From: Candidatus Omnitrophota bacterium | GTDB lineage: Bacteria; Omnitrophota; Gorgyraeia; Zapsychrales; Fredricksoniimonadaceae | Direction of reading: 5' to 3' | NCBI GenBank assembly: GCA_903860135.1 | Contig: CAIOPG010000016.1 | Location: 2,674 to 66,673 of the forward strand | DNA length: 64,000 nt | Part shown: piece by piece, positions 26,519 through 36,635 of the stretch | Layout of the letters: each line of letters opens with the position of its first letter | Numbering within the stretch: the stretch's first letter is position 1 | Translations under genes and position numbers: made by a program | The notes under the pieces: generated by a model | The model's database searches: none | The model's input: the letters and a program-made list of their open reading frames with translations, nothing else | What the model was told of the DNA's origin: nothing

Positions 26519-29074
26519 TCAAAAACGCTTCTGGTACGTCATGCGGATAATATGCTCGGTCTCAAGAACAGGTGCCGTGTAGAACGACAAGGCCGGATCA
26601 GTGATCGAGGTGTTCACAAAGTACGCTGGGCCAACACCATACTCCAGCGAGAAAACATTGTCCCTGGGCGCGATATAGCGCCCTTCGAGGAAAATATTAT
26701 GATACCCTTGGTAAGAAAGGGTCTTATCCTTGTTCAGCTGGATCAAATTGTAAGCACGAGAATAAGTATACCGCGCGAAAAAGCCCAGAGATTTTGTTGG
26801 CACCAGGCTTGTCTCTGCGCCCAAATGCTGCATATTATCATCAATATTACCGGCAAAGCCATTAGGATTGCGGGTATAATCAAAATAAAGATCCCAGATA
26901 TCGGTCGGCTTAAGGTGCAGGCCTGTCTTGAAAATATTGTAATATGGATACTTCGGCTGAGAGAAAAACCCCTGGTCATAAAGCCACGGGAGATCGGTGC
27001 GGTAACGCCGGCCATCCTGAGTAAAAACACGCGTACTCATACCATCAAAAAGCCCGCGCGGGAACGTATCCTCGGCAAGCGTGGAATCATTCGTGAACTC
27101 CCAGACGCCATTGACATCCGCCCACGCTGTCAATTCATACCGGGCACCGACCGTGCGTGTTTTAAGATTACGGTCTTCCCCTCCTTTAACAATATCATTA
27201 AGAAGATAATCACCGGTATCATTGTTAACGATGAACGGGTCTTCGCCGGCCCGGCTCTTGGGAAGCGTATGCAAGACGAGAAGACCTTTGACCGTCAGCT
27301 TCTCGTCCACTTTCTTTGTTACCCCCATCCTTGCCACTGTTTCTATCTTCCTGTTATCATTGGTCGTCACATGCCGGACATCAGCCATACCGTCGAGCGT
27401 ACCATCCATAAGCTGGGTATCCCCGCGCCAGCCAACCACATTGCGGCCATAATCAAGCCCGTTGCCAATGGCGAACGCTTCCTGGTCCCCTTCAGACAAG
27501 GTAGCCACAGCTCCCGGCATATTCCGGTAGATCGATGGATAAAACGTCAAATGCCGGCTCCAGAACGAATCCTTGCGCGTCACATGATAATTGGACAGAC
27601 TAGACTCAAAATTCTTGTCCATGCGCCCTACAAACATCTTGCTTTTAAAAAAATTGACCTTATCCGAGAAAGCCCTCCGGGAAAGATAATCCGTATCCAC
27701 ACGGTAAAAAGCGCTGGAAATGGCCTCGAGCGAAAGATAATACGCCTGCCCCCGTTTCTCGGAAGCGTAATAAGAGTTAGCCACATCATTATGGCTGACG
27801 GACGTGCTTATCTGGCCAGCCACCTTAAGTTTATCAAAAGGCACAAACGCGCCATCCACACCACCGACATAATTCTCTTTGTCGAGCTTTTCATTGACAA
27901 ACCCATGGTGCATGTTGGCCGTCGCGCCAACGTAGGCTTTATCATCAAAGAAATGCTTCAGACGGGCACTGCCCGGCACCGCCGTAACCTCGTGATAATC
28001 CTGCCATAATGTTTTTGGCGTCGCCACCGTTGCCTGAAAACGCGTGTTTTCGTCAGTTTTGATATCAACAGACGCACCGCGCAACGCCGTCAAACGCGTA
28101 CCATCGCTGTCACGGGTCGCAAACGCAAACCCGCGATCCCATTTGCCGATACTGTAATCCTCGGGAAGCCCTGTGATATGATTGATCTGCCCGCCGCGCC
28201 AGTCGTGCAGCCAGGGGCTTTCTTCCCACCAGCTTCTGTTATTAGAGAGACGGATCGGTTCATCGGTCGTGAGCGCCTGATCCTGGTACGCCATCGGAAA
28301 AACCCGGAGTTTAGACGTGTCGTTAGGCTTGACATCAAACCACAATTCACGGATCGGCTGGAAGGTTTCTTTAACATCCATCGCCGGGACATCAAAACTG
28401 TCGCACATACCCCATTCATTGCAAATAGTTGAACCCATAGCGGTTGCAGGAACACGCCCATCTTTGACCTTGATCTCCGGCAGACCAAGATATCCGCCAA
28501 ACTTTAAGGTATTGACTGAATGATTAACGGTATACCCATTATTGCCCCAATATAATTGCTGAACGCGCGCCGTATCCCCCCAGCCGCTGTTCACGGTCAC
28601 AACCCCGGTCCTTCCTGTATAGCTCCAAGGATCTGCCGTGACATTCAAATGCATGGCCACAGCATTCTTAACCGCTGTGTCCACAACAACTTTAAGACGG
28701 GAATAAATAGCCGGATCATAGGTATTGGTACGGTTATTGAGGTCATCGCTCGAAAGGATGCGCCAATTGCGCTCGTTCAAGTCAGCATTGGCCCGATTAA
28801 AAACCGTCTGGCCGTCAGATTCGATCCCGAAAGAAGAACGTACCTCACCGGAAACTTTGGTTTTAATATCCAGCTTCTCATGCCCTACAACACGCCCGGG
28901 CCCCCTCGCCACTGAAAGCTCCGAAGCAACCGCCCCCTCCCGCTCCGCTAGGTCAAGAGCCGCCTGAACCATTCCCATATGCCCCACTCCTTCCACGCGG
29001 TCTTCAACCGCACCCCAAGCCGTCCCCACCAAGGAAATGCCCAAAACCATCAATATGGAAAGAAGTTTTTTCAT
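26519..29074 (-). CDS. Large exported protein, probable outer-membrane beta-barrel
   Basis: Signal peptide, amphipathic beta strands, C-terminal YQKRF. Confidence 0.65.
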   Translation of the reverse strand: MKKLLSILMVLGISLVGTAWGAVEDRVEGVGHMGMVQAALDLAEREGAVASELSVARGPGRVVGHEKLDIKTKVSGEVRSSFGIESDGQTVFNRANADLNERNWRILSSDDLNNRTNTYDPAIYSRLKVVVDTAVKNAVAMHLNVTADPWSYTGRTGVVTVNSGWGDTARVQQLYWGNNGYTVNHSVNTLKFGGYLGLPEIKVKDGRVPATAMGSTICNEWGMCDSFDVPAMDVKETFQPIRELWFDVKPNDTSKLRVFPMAYQDQALTTDEPIRLSNNRSWWEESPWLHDWRGGQINHITGLPEDYSIGKWDRGFAFATRDSDGTRLTALRGASVDIKTDENTRFQATVATPKTLWQDYHEVTAVPGSARLKHFFDDKAYVGATANMHHGFVNEKLDKENYVGGVDGAFVPFDKLKVAGQISTSVSHNDVANSYYASEKRGQAYYLSLEAISSAFYRVDTDYLSRRAFSDKVNFFKSKMFVGRMDKNFESSLSNYHVTRKDSFWSRHLTFYPSIYRNMPGAVATLSEGDQEAFAIGNGLDYGRNVVGWRGDTQLMDGTLDGMADVRHVTTNDNRKIETVARMGVTKKVDEKLTVKGLLVLHTLPKSRAGEDPFIVNNDTGDYLLNDIVKGGEDRNLKTRTVGARYELTAWADVNGVWEFTNDSTLAEDTFPRGLFDGMSTRVFTQDGRRYRTDLPWLYDQGFFSQPKYPYYNIFKTGLHLKPTDIWDLYFDYTRNPNGFAGNIDDNMQHLGAETSLVPTKSLGFFARYTYSRAYNLIQLNKDKTLSYQGYHNIFLEGRYIAPRDNVFSLEYGVGPAYFVNTSITDPALSFYTAPVLETEHIIRMTYQKRF

Positions 29075-29294
29075 GATATTTTTCCCTTTTATTTCCTTAA
29101 ATATAACTTATATAGATATAAAAATCAATCGTTTTCCGAAGGCGATCGATCGTAAATCGTCTGTTCGCGCATCATATAATCGATAAATGTTTCCCCAATC
29201 CCCAGCCATTGTTTTTTTCTACTTGTCCATCGGCTAAATACAGTTTATACTTAGTCAAGGTGGTGTGTGATTCTACAATAAAAATAGACGATAG

Positions 29295-30116
29295 GTGAAC
29301 GGATCAATGATCAAGATACTTGTGATCGATGATGAAATCGGAATTTGTGATATCATAGCCAGAACATTTTCCGGTATTGGGTTTAACGTGTCTGCCGCAA
29401 CTTCCGCTGAAAGGGCGCGTGCCCTGTTTCGCAAAGCCAAACCGCGTATTGTGTTCCTTGATCTTGTGGTGGGTGCCGTTGACGGGCTTGATCTTCTCAA
29501 TGAATTCAAAAAAGAAGATCCGGAATTGATTGTTATTGTGGTCACTGCCAGGGGTGAGCCAATGGCGCGGACAGAAGCACTCCAACGCGGGGCGGATGAA
29601 TATATTACCAAGCCTTTTAACCGGCATTACCTGCGGGATATTGTGACGTCCAAGATCAAAGGCGTGCTTGATCGAAGGGATACTGTAACCCGCCCCAAAA
29701 TACTACTGGTAGATGATGAGTCGCGCTTACGCGCAGGGCTTAGGCATTATATCGAACCGCGTTTTGATGCCGATATACTCGAGGCCGGGGATATCCCGGA
29801 GGCACTTGAAAAAATCCGGGAGAATCGCCCGGATGTGATATTCCTTGATATTAAACTGCCGGGTCTAAGCGGCATTGATGCCATTGGCATAATCAAAAAT
29901 TTAAACCCGTCATCCAGGATCGTGATCGTAAGTGCCTGGCAAAGTGCCGAAGTTGTAAGCCGGGCACTTGCGCTGGGGGTTGACGATTATCTTGGCAAAC
30001 CCGTCTCACTGCCAGTGCTCGGTGAAAAACTCAAAGATCTTCTTTCAAACAGTGGCAAGCTGATCGAAAAAAAGGTTGATCGAGACATGGAAAACACCTA
30101 CGCCCATTCTTCATGA
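29295..30116 (+). CDS. Response regulator with two receiver domains
   Basis: Two DDE/D/KP motif sets; no output domain. Confidence 0.88.
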   Translation: MNGSMIKILVIDDEIGICDIIARTFSGIGFNVSAATSAERARALFRKAKPRIVFLDLVVGAVDGLDLLNEFKKEDPELIVIVVTARGEPMARTEALQRGADEYITKPFNRHYLRDIVTSKIKGVLDRRDTVTRPKILLVDDESRLRAGLRHYIEPRFDADILEAGDIPEALEKIRENRPDVIFLDIKLPGLSGIDAIGIIKNLNPSSRIVIVSAWQSAEVVSRALALGVDDYLGKPVSLPVLGEKLKDLLSNSGKLIEKKVDRDMENTYAHSS

Positions 30117-32009
30117 TCACTTCTTCAAGGCTTCAAGTTCTTCCCAACGGCGATAGATTTCAAGGATTTCAAAGGCAAGGGCGGCAGAACCAGCTGTGAC
30201 GCGGGTGATTTCCTGCTGGTCTTTCTTATAGAATTCAACATCAGCGAGCAAGGCGCACAAGGTAGCCTGTTCCGCTTCAAGTTTTTCGATCTTTCTGGGA
30301 ATATTTTCTAGTTCCTTGCTGTCTTTAGAGGAAAGCTTTGAAACCGTGCGTGGCTTCTCCACGACTGCCACCTTGGGAGCCTCTGGTCGTTCATTCTTGG
30401 ACGGCGTAACACCCGGCCGACGCTGGTTAAGCCAGTCATCATACCCGCCCGGATATTCATTAACCTCTCCACCACCTTCAAGCACGATCGTCGATGTCAC
30501 AACATTGTTAAGGAACGAACGGTCATGGCTAACAAGGATCAGCGTTCCCTCATAGGCCACAAGGATCTGCTCAAGCAATTCCAGCGTTTCCATATCAAGG
30601 TCATTGGTCGGCTCATCCATAACCAGCAAATTCGCTGGGCGCGTGAAAAGCCTGGCCAACAGCAGGCGATTGCGCTCCCCGCCGGAAAGCACCTTGACGG
30701 GTGTCCGTGCACGGTCGGGAGAAAAAAGAAAATCTTCAAGATAGCCAATGATATGCCGCGGCTTGCCATTGATAACGACCGTTTCGCACTGCCCGGCGAT
30801 ATTTTCCATGACCGTTTTATTCTCGTCGATGGCTTCGCGCATCTGGTCAAAGTAGGCCACCTGCAGGTCGGTTCCGAGGCGGATCGTCCCCTTCGACGGC
30901 TCCTGCTTGCCGATCAAAATGCGCAGCAAGGTGCTCTTGCCTGACCCGTTGGGACCGATAACGCCAATCTTGTCACCACGCATGATGTTCGTTGAAAAAT
31001 CCCTGATCAGGCACAATGCATCATACGTCTGCCCCAGGCGCGACGCCTTGATGACCAGGTGCCCCGATTCATCGGTTTCCTGCAGGCGAAACTTGACCTG
31101 GCCTTCGCGTGACCGCCGCGCCTGACGGACCACGCGCATTTCTTCGAGCGCCTTCACACGGCCCTCATTACGGCACCGACGCGCCTCGACGCCCCGGCGG
31201 ATCCAAACTTCTTCCCCACCCAACTTTTTATCGAAACGCTCTTGAGAGACGGTTTCCATGCGCAAGGCCAATTCCTTACGTTCCAGGAAGGTCCGGTAAT
31301 CACACGACCAGCTCATCAGATGGCCGCGATCCAGTTCAATGATGCGGTTGGCCACGTGCTCCATGAACATCCGGTCATGCGTCACAAAAAACACAGTGCC
31401 GGGATATTTTCGTAAAAACCCTTCCAACCATTCAATCGAATCGATATCCAGGTGATTGGTCGGCTCGTCGAGCAAAAGCACATCCGGCTTAAGGACCAAC
31501 GCCCGCGCCATGAGCACACGGCGTTTCTGCCCGCCGGACAAACAAGCGAAGTCTATCGACAGGTCGATCTTCATCTTGGCGATGACATCCTCGATCTGAT
31601 GATCGAGTTCCCAGCTGTTAGTACGGTCCAGCTCGGCCTGCAACGCATCGAGCCGGCTCATGAGCTCCGGCGTGTATTCCGTATGCAGGCGGTTGCTGAC
31701 ATGGTGATAATCACTGAGCAGGGTCGCCCGCGGGCCAAGGCCCGACGCAACAATATCAAATACATCCCCGCTCAAATCGCGCGGCACTTCCTGGGCTAGA
31801 AAAGCAATGCTAATGCCCTTTTGATGCACAACCTGGCCGTTATCCACGCCAAGTTCACGGGCCATGACTTTCATAAGCGTGCTCTTGCCTGTGCCGTTAC
31901 GGCCCAGCAACGCGGTACGTTCGCCGGATTCTATCTGAAGGGAAAGTTTGTCGAAAAGTTTTGGCCCGCCAAAAGCGAGGGAAATTTCCTGAAGACCGAT
32001 CAATGCCAT
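30117..32009 (-). CDS. uup: ABC-F ATPase Uup
   Basis: Two ABC cassettes, ARRCRNEGRV linker, C-terminal coiled coil. Confidence 0.92.
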   Translation of the reverse strand: MALIGLQEISLAFGGPKLFDKLSLQIESGERTALLGRNGTGKSTLMKVMARELGVDNGQVVHQKGISIAFLAQEVPRDLSGDVFDIVASGLGPRATLLSDYHHVSNRLHTEYTPELMSRLDALQAELDRTNSWELDHQIEDVIAKMKIDLSIDFACLSGGQKRRVLMARALVLKPDVLLLDEPTNHLDIDSIEWLEGFLRKYPGTVFFVTHDRMFMEHVANRIIELDRGHLMSWSCDYRTFLERKELALRMETVSQERFDKKLGGEEVWIRRGVEARRCRNEGRVKALEEMRVVRQARRSREGQVKFRLQETDESGHLVIKASRLGQTYDALCLIRDFSTNIMRGDKIGVIGPNGSGKSTLLRILIGKQEPSKGTIRLGTDLQVAYFDQMREAIDENKTVMENIAGQCETVVINGKPRHIIGYLEDFLFSPDRARTPVKVLSGGERNRLLLARLFTRPANLLVMDEPTNDLDMETLELLEQILVAYEGTLILVSHDRSFLNNVVTSTIVLEGGGEVNEYPGGYDDWLNQRRPGVTPSKNERPEAPKVAVVEKPRTVSKLSSKDSKELENIPRKIEKLEAEQATLCALLADVEFYKKDQQEITRVTAGSAALAFEILEIYRRWEELEALKK

Positions 32010-32071
32010 AATGACTGTAACATCCTGCCGTACAATAAATGTTTAACGCCCCGCGCGCTCGCCGCCAATGA

Positions 32072-33013
32072 TCATAATCTGGCCAATACCGCGGTCAAGC
32101 AGCTTTCAGCCATGAACCCACTGCCTTCAAAATCCGTATCCTGCCCCAGGCATTGGATATCATTCACCTTGCGCCCTTTGGCCGCTGTTTTAATAATGCT
32201 CTGCAAATGTGAATGGATCATTTCGCTATGATTGGTCGCCACAAACAGAACCCCATCCGGCTCAAGCAGTTTGATGCACAAGGCAACCACCTGCGGCAAG
32301 TCTTTCTTAACGACAAATGTCTTGCCTTCAAAACGCGCAAAAGACGGCGGATCAAGGATGATCATATTAAACCGGTTGTCTTTCTTGACGCCGCGCTCCA
32401 AATATTCCACAGCATCGGCACGGATAAACTCGTTCTTCTCCGGCAAGACCCCATTCAACTCATAGTTCACCCTGGCCCGGTCAAGTGCCTTGCGGCTCAC
32501 ATCCACATTCACAACCGACGCCGCGCCCTGCTTGCGGCAATGCAGCCCGAACGCGCAGGTATACGCAAAAAGATTCAGGACCTTCCGCGCCTTGGCCAGA
32601 CTGGCCACACGCCGGCGATTGGCGCGCATATCCAGAAAAAGACCAGTGTTGAGCGTATCCTTCATATCCACGCTGAATTTGACCCCATGCTCCTCGACCA
32701 TCGTCGATGACAACCCGTCGATCCACACACGTGTCAGCAGGTCTTCCGCCCGCGAAGATGCCGATTGAGTCCGATCCTTGATAACAAAATACTTCGCGCC
32801 GAGACCTCGGACAAAATGAACCAGTGCCTCTTGCTCGTCAAGCCAGCGCTCTTCAAATACCTGGGCCACAAAATGCTGATCATGCTGTTCGAGCACAAGA
32901 CCGTCGAGTCCGTCGCCGTAACCGTTCACAATGCGAATGGCATTGGTGAACGCACGCAGATTTTCACGTTTAACCCATGCGGCCTGCAGTAATCCCGACA
33001 GCGGGGTATCCAC
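32072..33013 (-). CDS. RlmI/RlmK-like SAM-dependent rRNA methyltransferase
   Basis: TGLFLDMR.NR, LNLFAYT, ILDPPSF. Confidence 0.88.
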   Translation of the reverse strand: MDTPLSGLLQAAWVKRENLRAFTNAIRIVNGYGDGLDGLVLEQHDQHFVAQVFEERWLDEQEALVHFVRGLGAKYFVIKDRTQSASSRAEDLLTRVWIDGLSSTMVEEHGVKFSVDMKDTLNTGLFLDMRANRRRVASLAKARKVLNLFAYTCAFGLHCRKQGAASVVNVDVSRKALDRARVNYELNGVLPEKNEFIRADAVEYLERGVKKDNRFNMIILDPPSFARFEGKTFVVKKDLPQVVALCIKLLEPDGVLFVATNHSEMIHSHLQSIIKTAAKGRKVNDIQCLGQDTDFEGSGFMAESCLTAVLARL

Positions 33014-33015
33014 GG

Positions 33016-34011
33016 TCAGACCCCGATCTGGTCAAGCATGGCTTTATTGGTTGGAAATTTGGAGAGGCGCTCGGTCAGCGATTGCATCGCTTCAACCGCA
33101 TTGAGATCTGCCAGCGCGCGGCGCAACATCTGGACTTTTTTATGTTCGGGTGCCGGGAGCAGGAGCTCCTCACGGCGCGTGCCACTTTTGGCAATATTGA
33201 TCGCGGGAAAAATACGGCGCTGGGATATCTCACGCGCCAGCACGACTTCCATATTGCCAGTCCCCTTGAATTCCTCAAAAATAACCTCATCCATACGGCT
33301 TCCGGTCTCGATCAGGATAGTCGCCAGAATCGACAGCGATCCGCCGTTCTCGATCTTGCGGGCCGCGCCGAAAATGCGCCGCGGCACTTCCATGGCCCTT
33401 GCATCCAAGCCACCAGAGATCGTCCGCCCGCCACCACGGCGTTCGGCATTGTGCACGCGCGCCAGACGGGTCAATGAATCGATGAGAACCATAACATTTT
33501 CACCAGCTCCGGCTTCACGGATCGCCTGACGCATCAACGCATCAGCCGTGGCCACATGATGCTCATATTGCTGATCAGTCGATGAAGCCCGGACATCGGC
33601 CGCAACACTGCGCTTGAAATCCGTAACCTCCTCGGGGCGCTCGTCGATCAAAAGGCAATAAAGCTTCATCGTGGGACATGCCTTGGCAACGGCTTGACAA
33701 ATGTGCTTGAGGAAGGTGGTCTTGCCCGAACCCGGAGGCGCCACAATAAGGCCGCGCTGACCCATACCGATCGGACAAATGATATCCATGGCGCGCATGG
33801 TCAACTCACTGCTACCATCTTCAAGACGGATACGCGGCGAAGGATCCACAGGTGTGCCCGTAAAGAACTTGCGCTCCCCTTCATCAACCGATAAGCGCGG
33901 TGAGATCGGACGAATGGAAGTGACTGAACGCGAGCCTGGTTGCCGCGGACCTGATGGCCGCGGACCCCGGTTACCCGGGTGTGTACGTTTATTATCAGTA
34001 ATTTTTTTCAT
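33016..34011 (-). CDS. rho: Transcription termination factor Rho, short form lacking the N-terminal RNA-binding domain
   Basis: PIG.GQRGLIVAPP..GKT, IDERPEEVTD, EFKGTGNME, SGTRREELL. Confidence 0.9.
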   Translation of the reverse strand: MKKITDNKRTHPGNRGPRPSGPRQPGSRSVTSIRPISPRLSVDEGERKFFTGTPVDPSPRIRLEDGSSELTMRAMDIICPIGMGQRGLIVAPPGSGKTTFLKHICQAVAKACPTMKLYCLLIDERPEEVTDFKRSVAADVRASSTDQQYEHHVATADALMRQAIREAGAGENVMVLIDSLTRLARVHNAERRGGGRTISGGLDARAMEVPRRIFGAARKIENGGSLSILATILIETGSRMDEVIFEEFKGTGNMEVVLAREISQRRIFPAINIAKSGTRREELLLPAPEHKKVQMLRRALADLNAVEAMQSLTERLSKFPTNKAMLDQIGV

Positions 34012-34027
34012 GGATAATGTCTTGGGG

Positions 34028-34174
34028 GTTTAATCCGCATTTTTCTTAAAAAGAGATCATGCGGGTTGAATCTGGGCCTTTTCTTAACGATGCCATTGTG
34101 GAAGGCCAGTTGAAATAACAACGCAAATTTTTGTGCCAACGGTGAAAGACCGGTAAAGCACAATCCAGATTTAA
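34028..34174. repeat. About 150-bp structured dispersed repeat, copy A
   Basis: Reverse complement of 60602-60758; 47/49 identical core. Confidence 0.88.
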
Positions 34175-34226
34175 CCATGCGCCAGATTCGATATTTTATA
34201 TGGAAGGGACGACACAGTCAAGAAAA

Positions 34227-34270
34227 TATAAGAAAGCCCTTCAACTTATTGGCTGAAGGGCTTTCTTATA
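34227..34270 (-). terminator. Intrinsic terminator after csp
   Basis: TATAAGAAAGCCCTTCA...TGAAGGGCTTTCTTATA stem. Confidence 0.8.
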
Positions 34271-34285
34271 GAACTTTTAAAGCTA

Positions 34286-34486
34286 TTACAGCTTCACGAC
34301 GTTCTTGGCTTGCTCGCCTTTTGGACCCTGGGCGATTTCAAACTCGACCGCCTGGCCGTCGCTCAGCGTTCTGTGGCCTTCACCCTGAATTTCGCTGTGA
34401 TGTACGAATACATCTTTGCCAGACTCTGGTGTAATAAAGCCAAACCCCTTTTTGTCGTCGAACCACTTCACTTTACCTTTGACCAT
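34286..34486 (-). CDS. cspA: Cold-shock protein
   Basis: GKVKWF, KGFGFI, VFVH. Confidence 0.96.
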   Translation of the reverse strand: MVKGKVKWFDDKKGFGFITPESGKDVFVHHSEIQGEGHRTLSDGQAVEFEIAQGPKGEQAKNVVKL

Positions 34487-34632
34487 GAAACCTTCTCCTT
34501 GTTATTGAATTTGAGCAAATACTGGCGGATCCAACAAGAAACCACTACGGTCTAAGATCACTTCACCAATTTGCTCAGGCTCAAGTATGCCCCAATATAA
34601 TTTATTTGTCAAGCAGTGTTTTCAACAAAAAT

Positions 34633-35538
34633 TTATTTCAACGGATCGCGGACATCGGCTGAAAATTGGGTCAACAGGTCCGCGCGCGACCTCGTCGGAA
34701 GAACAACAATATCCACATCGGCCGAAAGGATCTGCCGGGCTTCAAGGATTTCAAAAAGAGTTTCCGCGACCTCTTTATCCGCCGCCACACGCTGAAGTTC
34801 GGCACCCACGATCTGGGAACGGATAGCTGCCGCGCGCGCAAATTCGGTGGCCGCATCCTTTTCAGCGGTACTGCTGATGATGTTGACCGTATTGGCACCA
34901 TCCTGGCGAATAGCCGATGTGACCTGGCGCAAGCGGTTAACCACCTTCTCTTCGATCTGCTTGACCATGCCCACATCACGGAAATGAACCTTGCGGATAT
35001 AGACCGACCCCAACCCATAACCCCACTCATTGGAAAGCGGCGACACTTCTTCACGCACCGTCAGGCTCATCGCATGGCGGTTGTCAAGCATATTGGCAAG
35101 CTTCATATTGCTCAGACAGCGCACCGTGGCACTGCTGACATTAGCGCGCAGGGAACCGCGCGGGTCAAGGTTACGGAACACATGCGCCACAGGATCCGTA
35201 ATGTACATCTCGTACCAGACGCCAATGCCCATCGGCGCGCCTTCTTCAGAATTAACAGGATTACTACGGATGTATTCTTGATCAAGGCGGGTATCGCGGA
35301 TATGGCACTGCCCGAAAATATTAACAATGACGGCACTGGCCCCCAGTTCCAGCCAAAGAAAATGCAGACCCGGCTCACGGACAACACCAATAACCGTGCC
35401 AAAAAGGACATAAACACGCGCCTCGTTCTCGTTGACCACCGCAAAAACACCCAGAGAATACAAAACACCGAGAATGACCGGCTCAAGGATAAAACACGCC
35501 ACAACAACAAACGGGACAATAAATAATGGCTCTATCAT
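34633..35538 (-). CDS. SPFH/band-7 protein
   Basis: TM segment plus band-7 domain; ATGA-coupled to upstream SPFH gene. Confidence 0.8.
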   Translation of the reverse strand: MIEPLFIVPFVVVACFILEPVILGVLYSLGVFAVVNENEARVYVLFGTVIGVVREPGLHFLWLELGASAVIVNIFGQCHIRDTRLDQEYIRSNPVNSEEGAPMGIGVWYEMYITDPVAHVFRNLDPRGSLRANVSSATVRCLSNMKLANMLDNRHAMSLTVREEVSPLSNEWGYGLGSVYIRKVHFRDVGMVKQIEEKVVNRLRQVTSAIRQDGANTVNIISSTAEKDAATEFARAAAIRSQIVGAELQRVAADKEVAETLFEILEARQILSADVDIVVLPTRSRADLLTQFSADVRDPLK

Positions 35539-36521
35539 CTGTCAGCCTCCACAATAACTCTCCGGGCCTTGCTGAAGAGTTGCAGTTTATAGTTGCGCAA
35601 ATAAAGGCGCATGGCTTCGGTGCCGCTCGCCTTGAGGATCGCCAACTGCTCGGACAACTGCCTGATGAGCTGAACCTCGGCCTGAGCCTTCAGCGTCTCG
35701 ATCTCGACCGCTTTCTTGGACTGCACGATCTTCTGGTCGGCCCCGGCCTGCGACAGGCTGATCTCCGAAGAAACCTGGTTGTGGGCGGTATTGATGGCGG
35801 CAAGAGCAGATTCCACATCAAGCGGCGGATCGATCTCGGTGATCAGCGCCGTCTCAAACGTGATCCCGTAACGTGCCCCGGAAGCCACGCACTCTTTTTC
35901 CATATGGGCATTGAGATTGCTGAGATTTTTCCGGAGGTCATTGATCGATATGCCGGAAATATGGCTCGAGGAAACAGGCACCTCATGCCCGGGCTCTCCG
36001 ATCTTGGCCACCGGCGCTTCGAACTTGGCAATGCGTTCCCTGAGAACAGAAACAAAATACCCCATGACATGCGAAATTGGTTTGCGCACACCAAAAAGAT
36101 AGGCGTAAAGATTCTTTTCATCGACCTTATAACGGATCTGGCCCTTAAGGCCAGTATTCAACTGATCCTTGGTCACCGCCTCGAGCGCAGTGCCTCGGTC
36201 ATTGGCCAGCGAACTGTCAGGGTCAAAGGCGATGCTCGCCGTCTGGGTCGCAATAGACACCTTAAAGACTTGCTGCCACGGGAACTTGAAATAAAGGCCT
36301 GGATCCGTCACCTCAAGGAGCGGATAACGGTAGCGCGCCTTCTCTTCAGGATCAAGCACCGCCGACATCGGATCATCCGCGGTGGTCTTATCCCCGAACC
36401 GTGGTGCCCGGCCGAACGTCGTCACGATCGCCCGCTCGTTCTGGTCAACGGTATAGATCCCGGTGAACAGGCAACGCAATACAAACCATATCCAGATACC
36501 CAACACGATCGCTCCTACCAT
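35535..36521 (-). CDS. SPFH/band-7 protein
   Basis: YTVDQNERAIVTTFG, PGLYFKFPW; GGAGG RBS before ATG 36521. Confidence 0.82.
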   Translation of the reverse strand: MVGAIVLGIWIWFVLRCLFTGIYTVDQNERAIVTTFGRAPRFGDKTTADDPMSAVLDPEEKARYRYPLLEVTDPGLYFKFPWQQVFKVSIATQTASIAFDPDSSLANDRGTALEAVTKDQLNTGLKGQIRYKVDEKNLYAYLFGVRKPISHVMGYFVSVLRERIAKFEAPVAKIGEPGHEVPVSSSHISGISINDLRKNLSNLNAHMEKECVASGARYGITFETALITEIDPPLDVESALAAINTAHNQVSSEISLSQAGADQKIVQSKKAVEIETLKAQAEVQLIRQLSEQLAILKASGTEAMRLYLRNYKLQLFSKARRVIVEADR

Positions 36522-36635
36522 ACGCCTCCTCCGATTTAAAGTTCCGCCGAAGAATTTCGTCCAGTCTAACAATATTTGCCCGATAGGGCAAACAGATGTT
36601 ATGAATCAATAGATATTGCTACTCTCATCATGTGT

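Noticed and set aside
26552-28009. 485-aa plus-strand ORF and similar long antisense ORFs (e.g. 34666-35526, 35526-36539, 43066-43998)
   Set aside because: Shadow frames of well-supported opposite-strand genes
34123-34139. Sigma54 promoter TGGCAC...TTGC inside the 150-bp repeat
   Set aside because: GG-to-GC spacing is 11 bp rather than 10 in both copies
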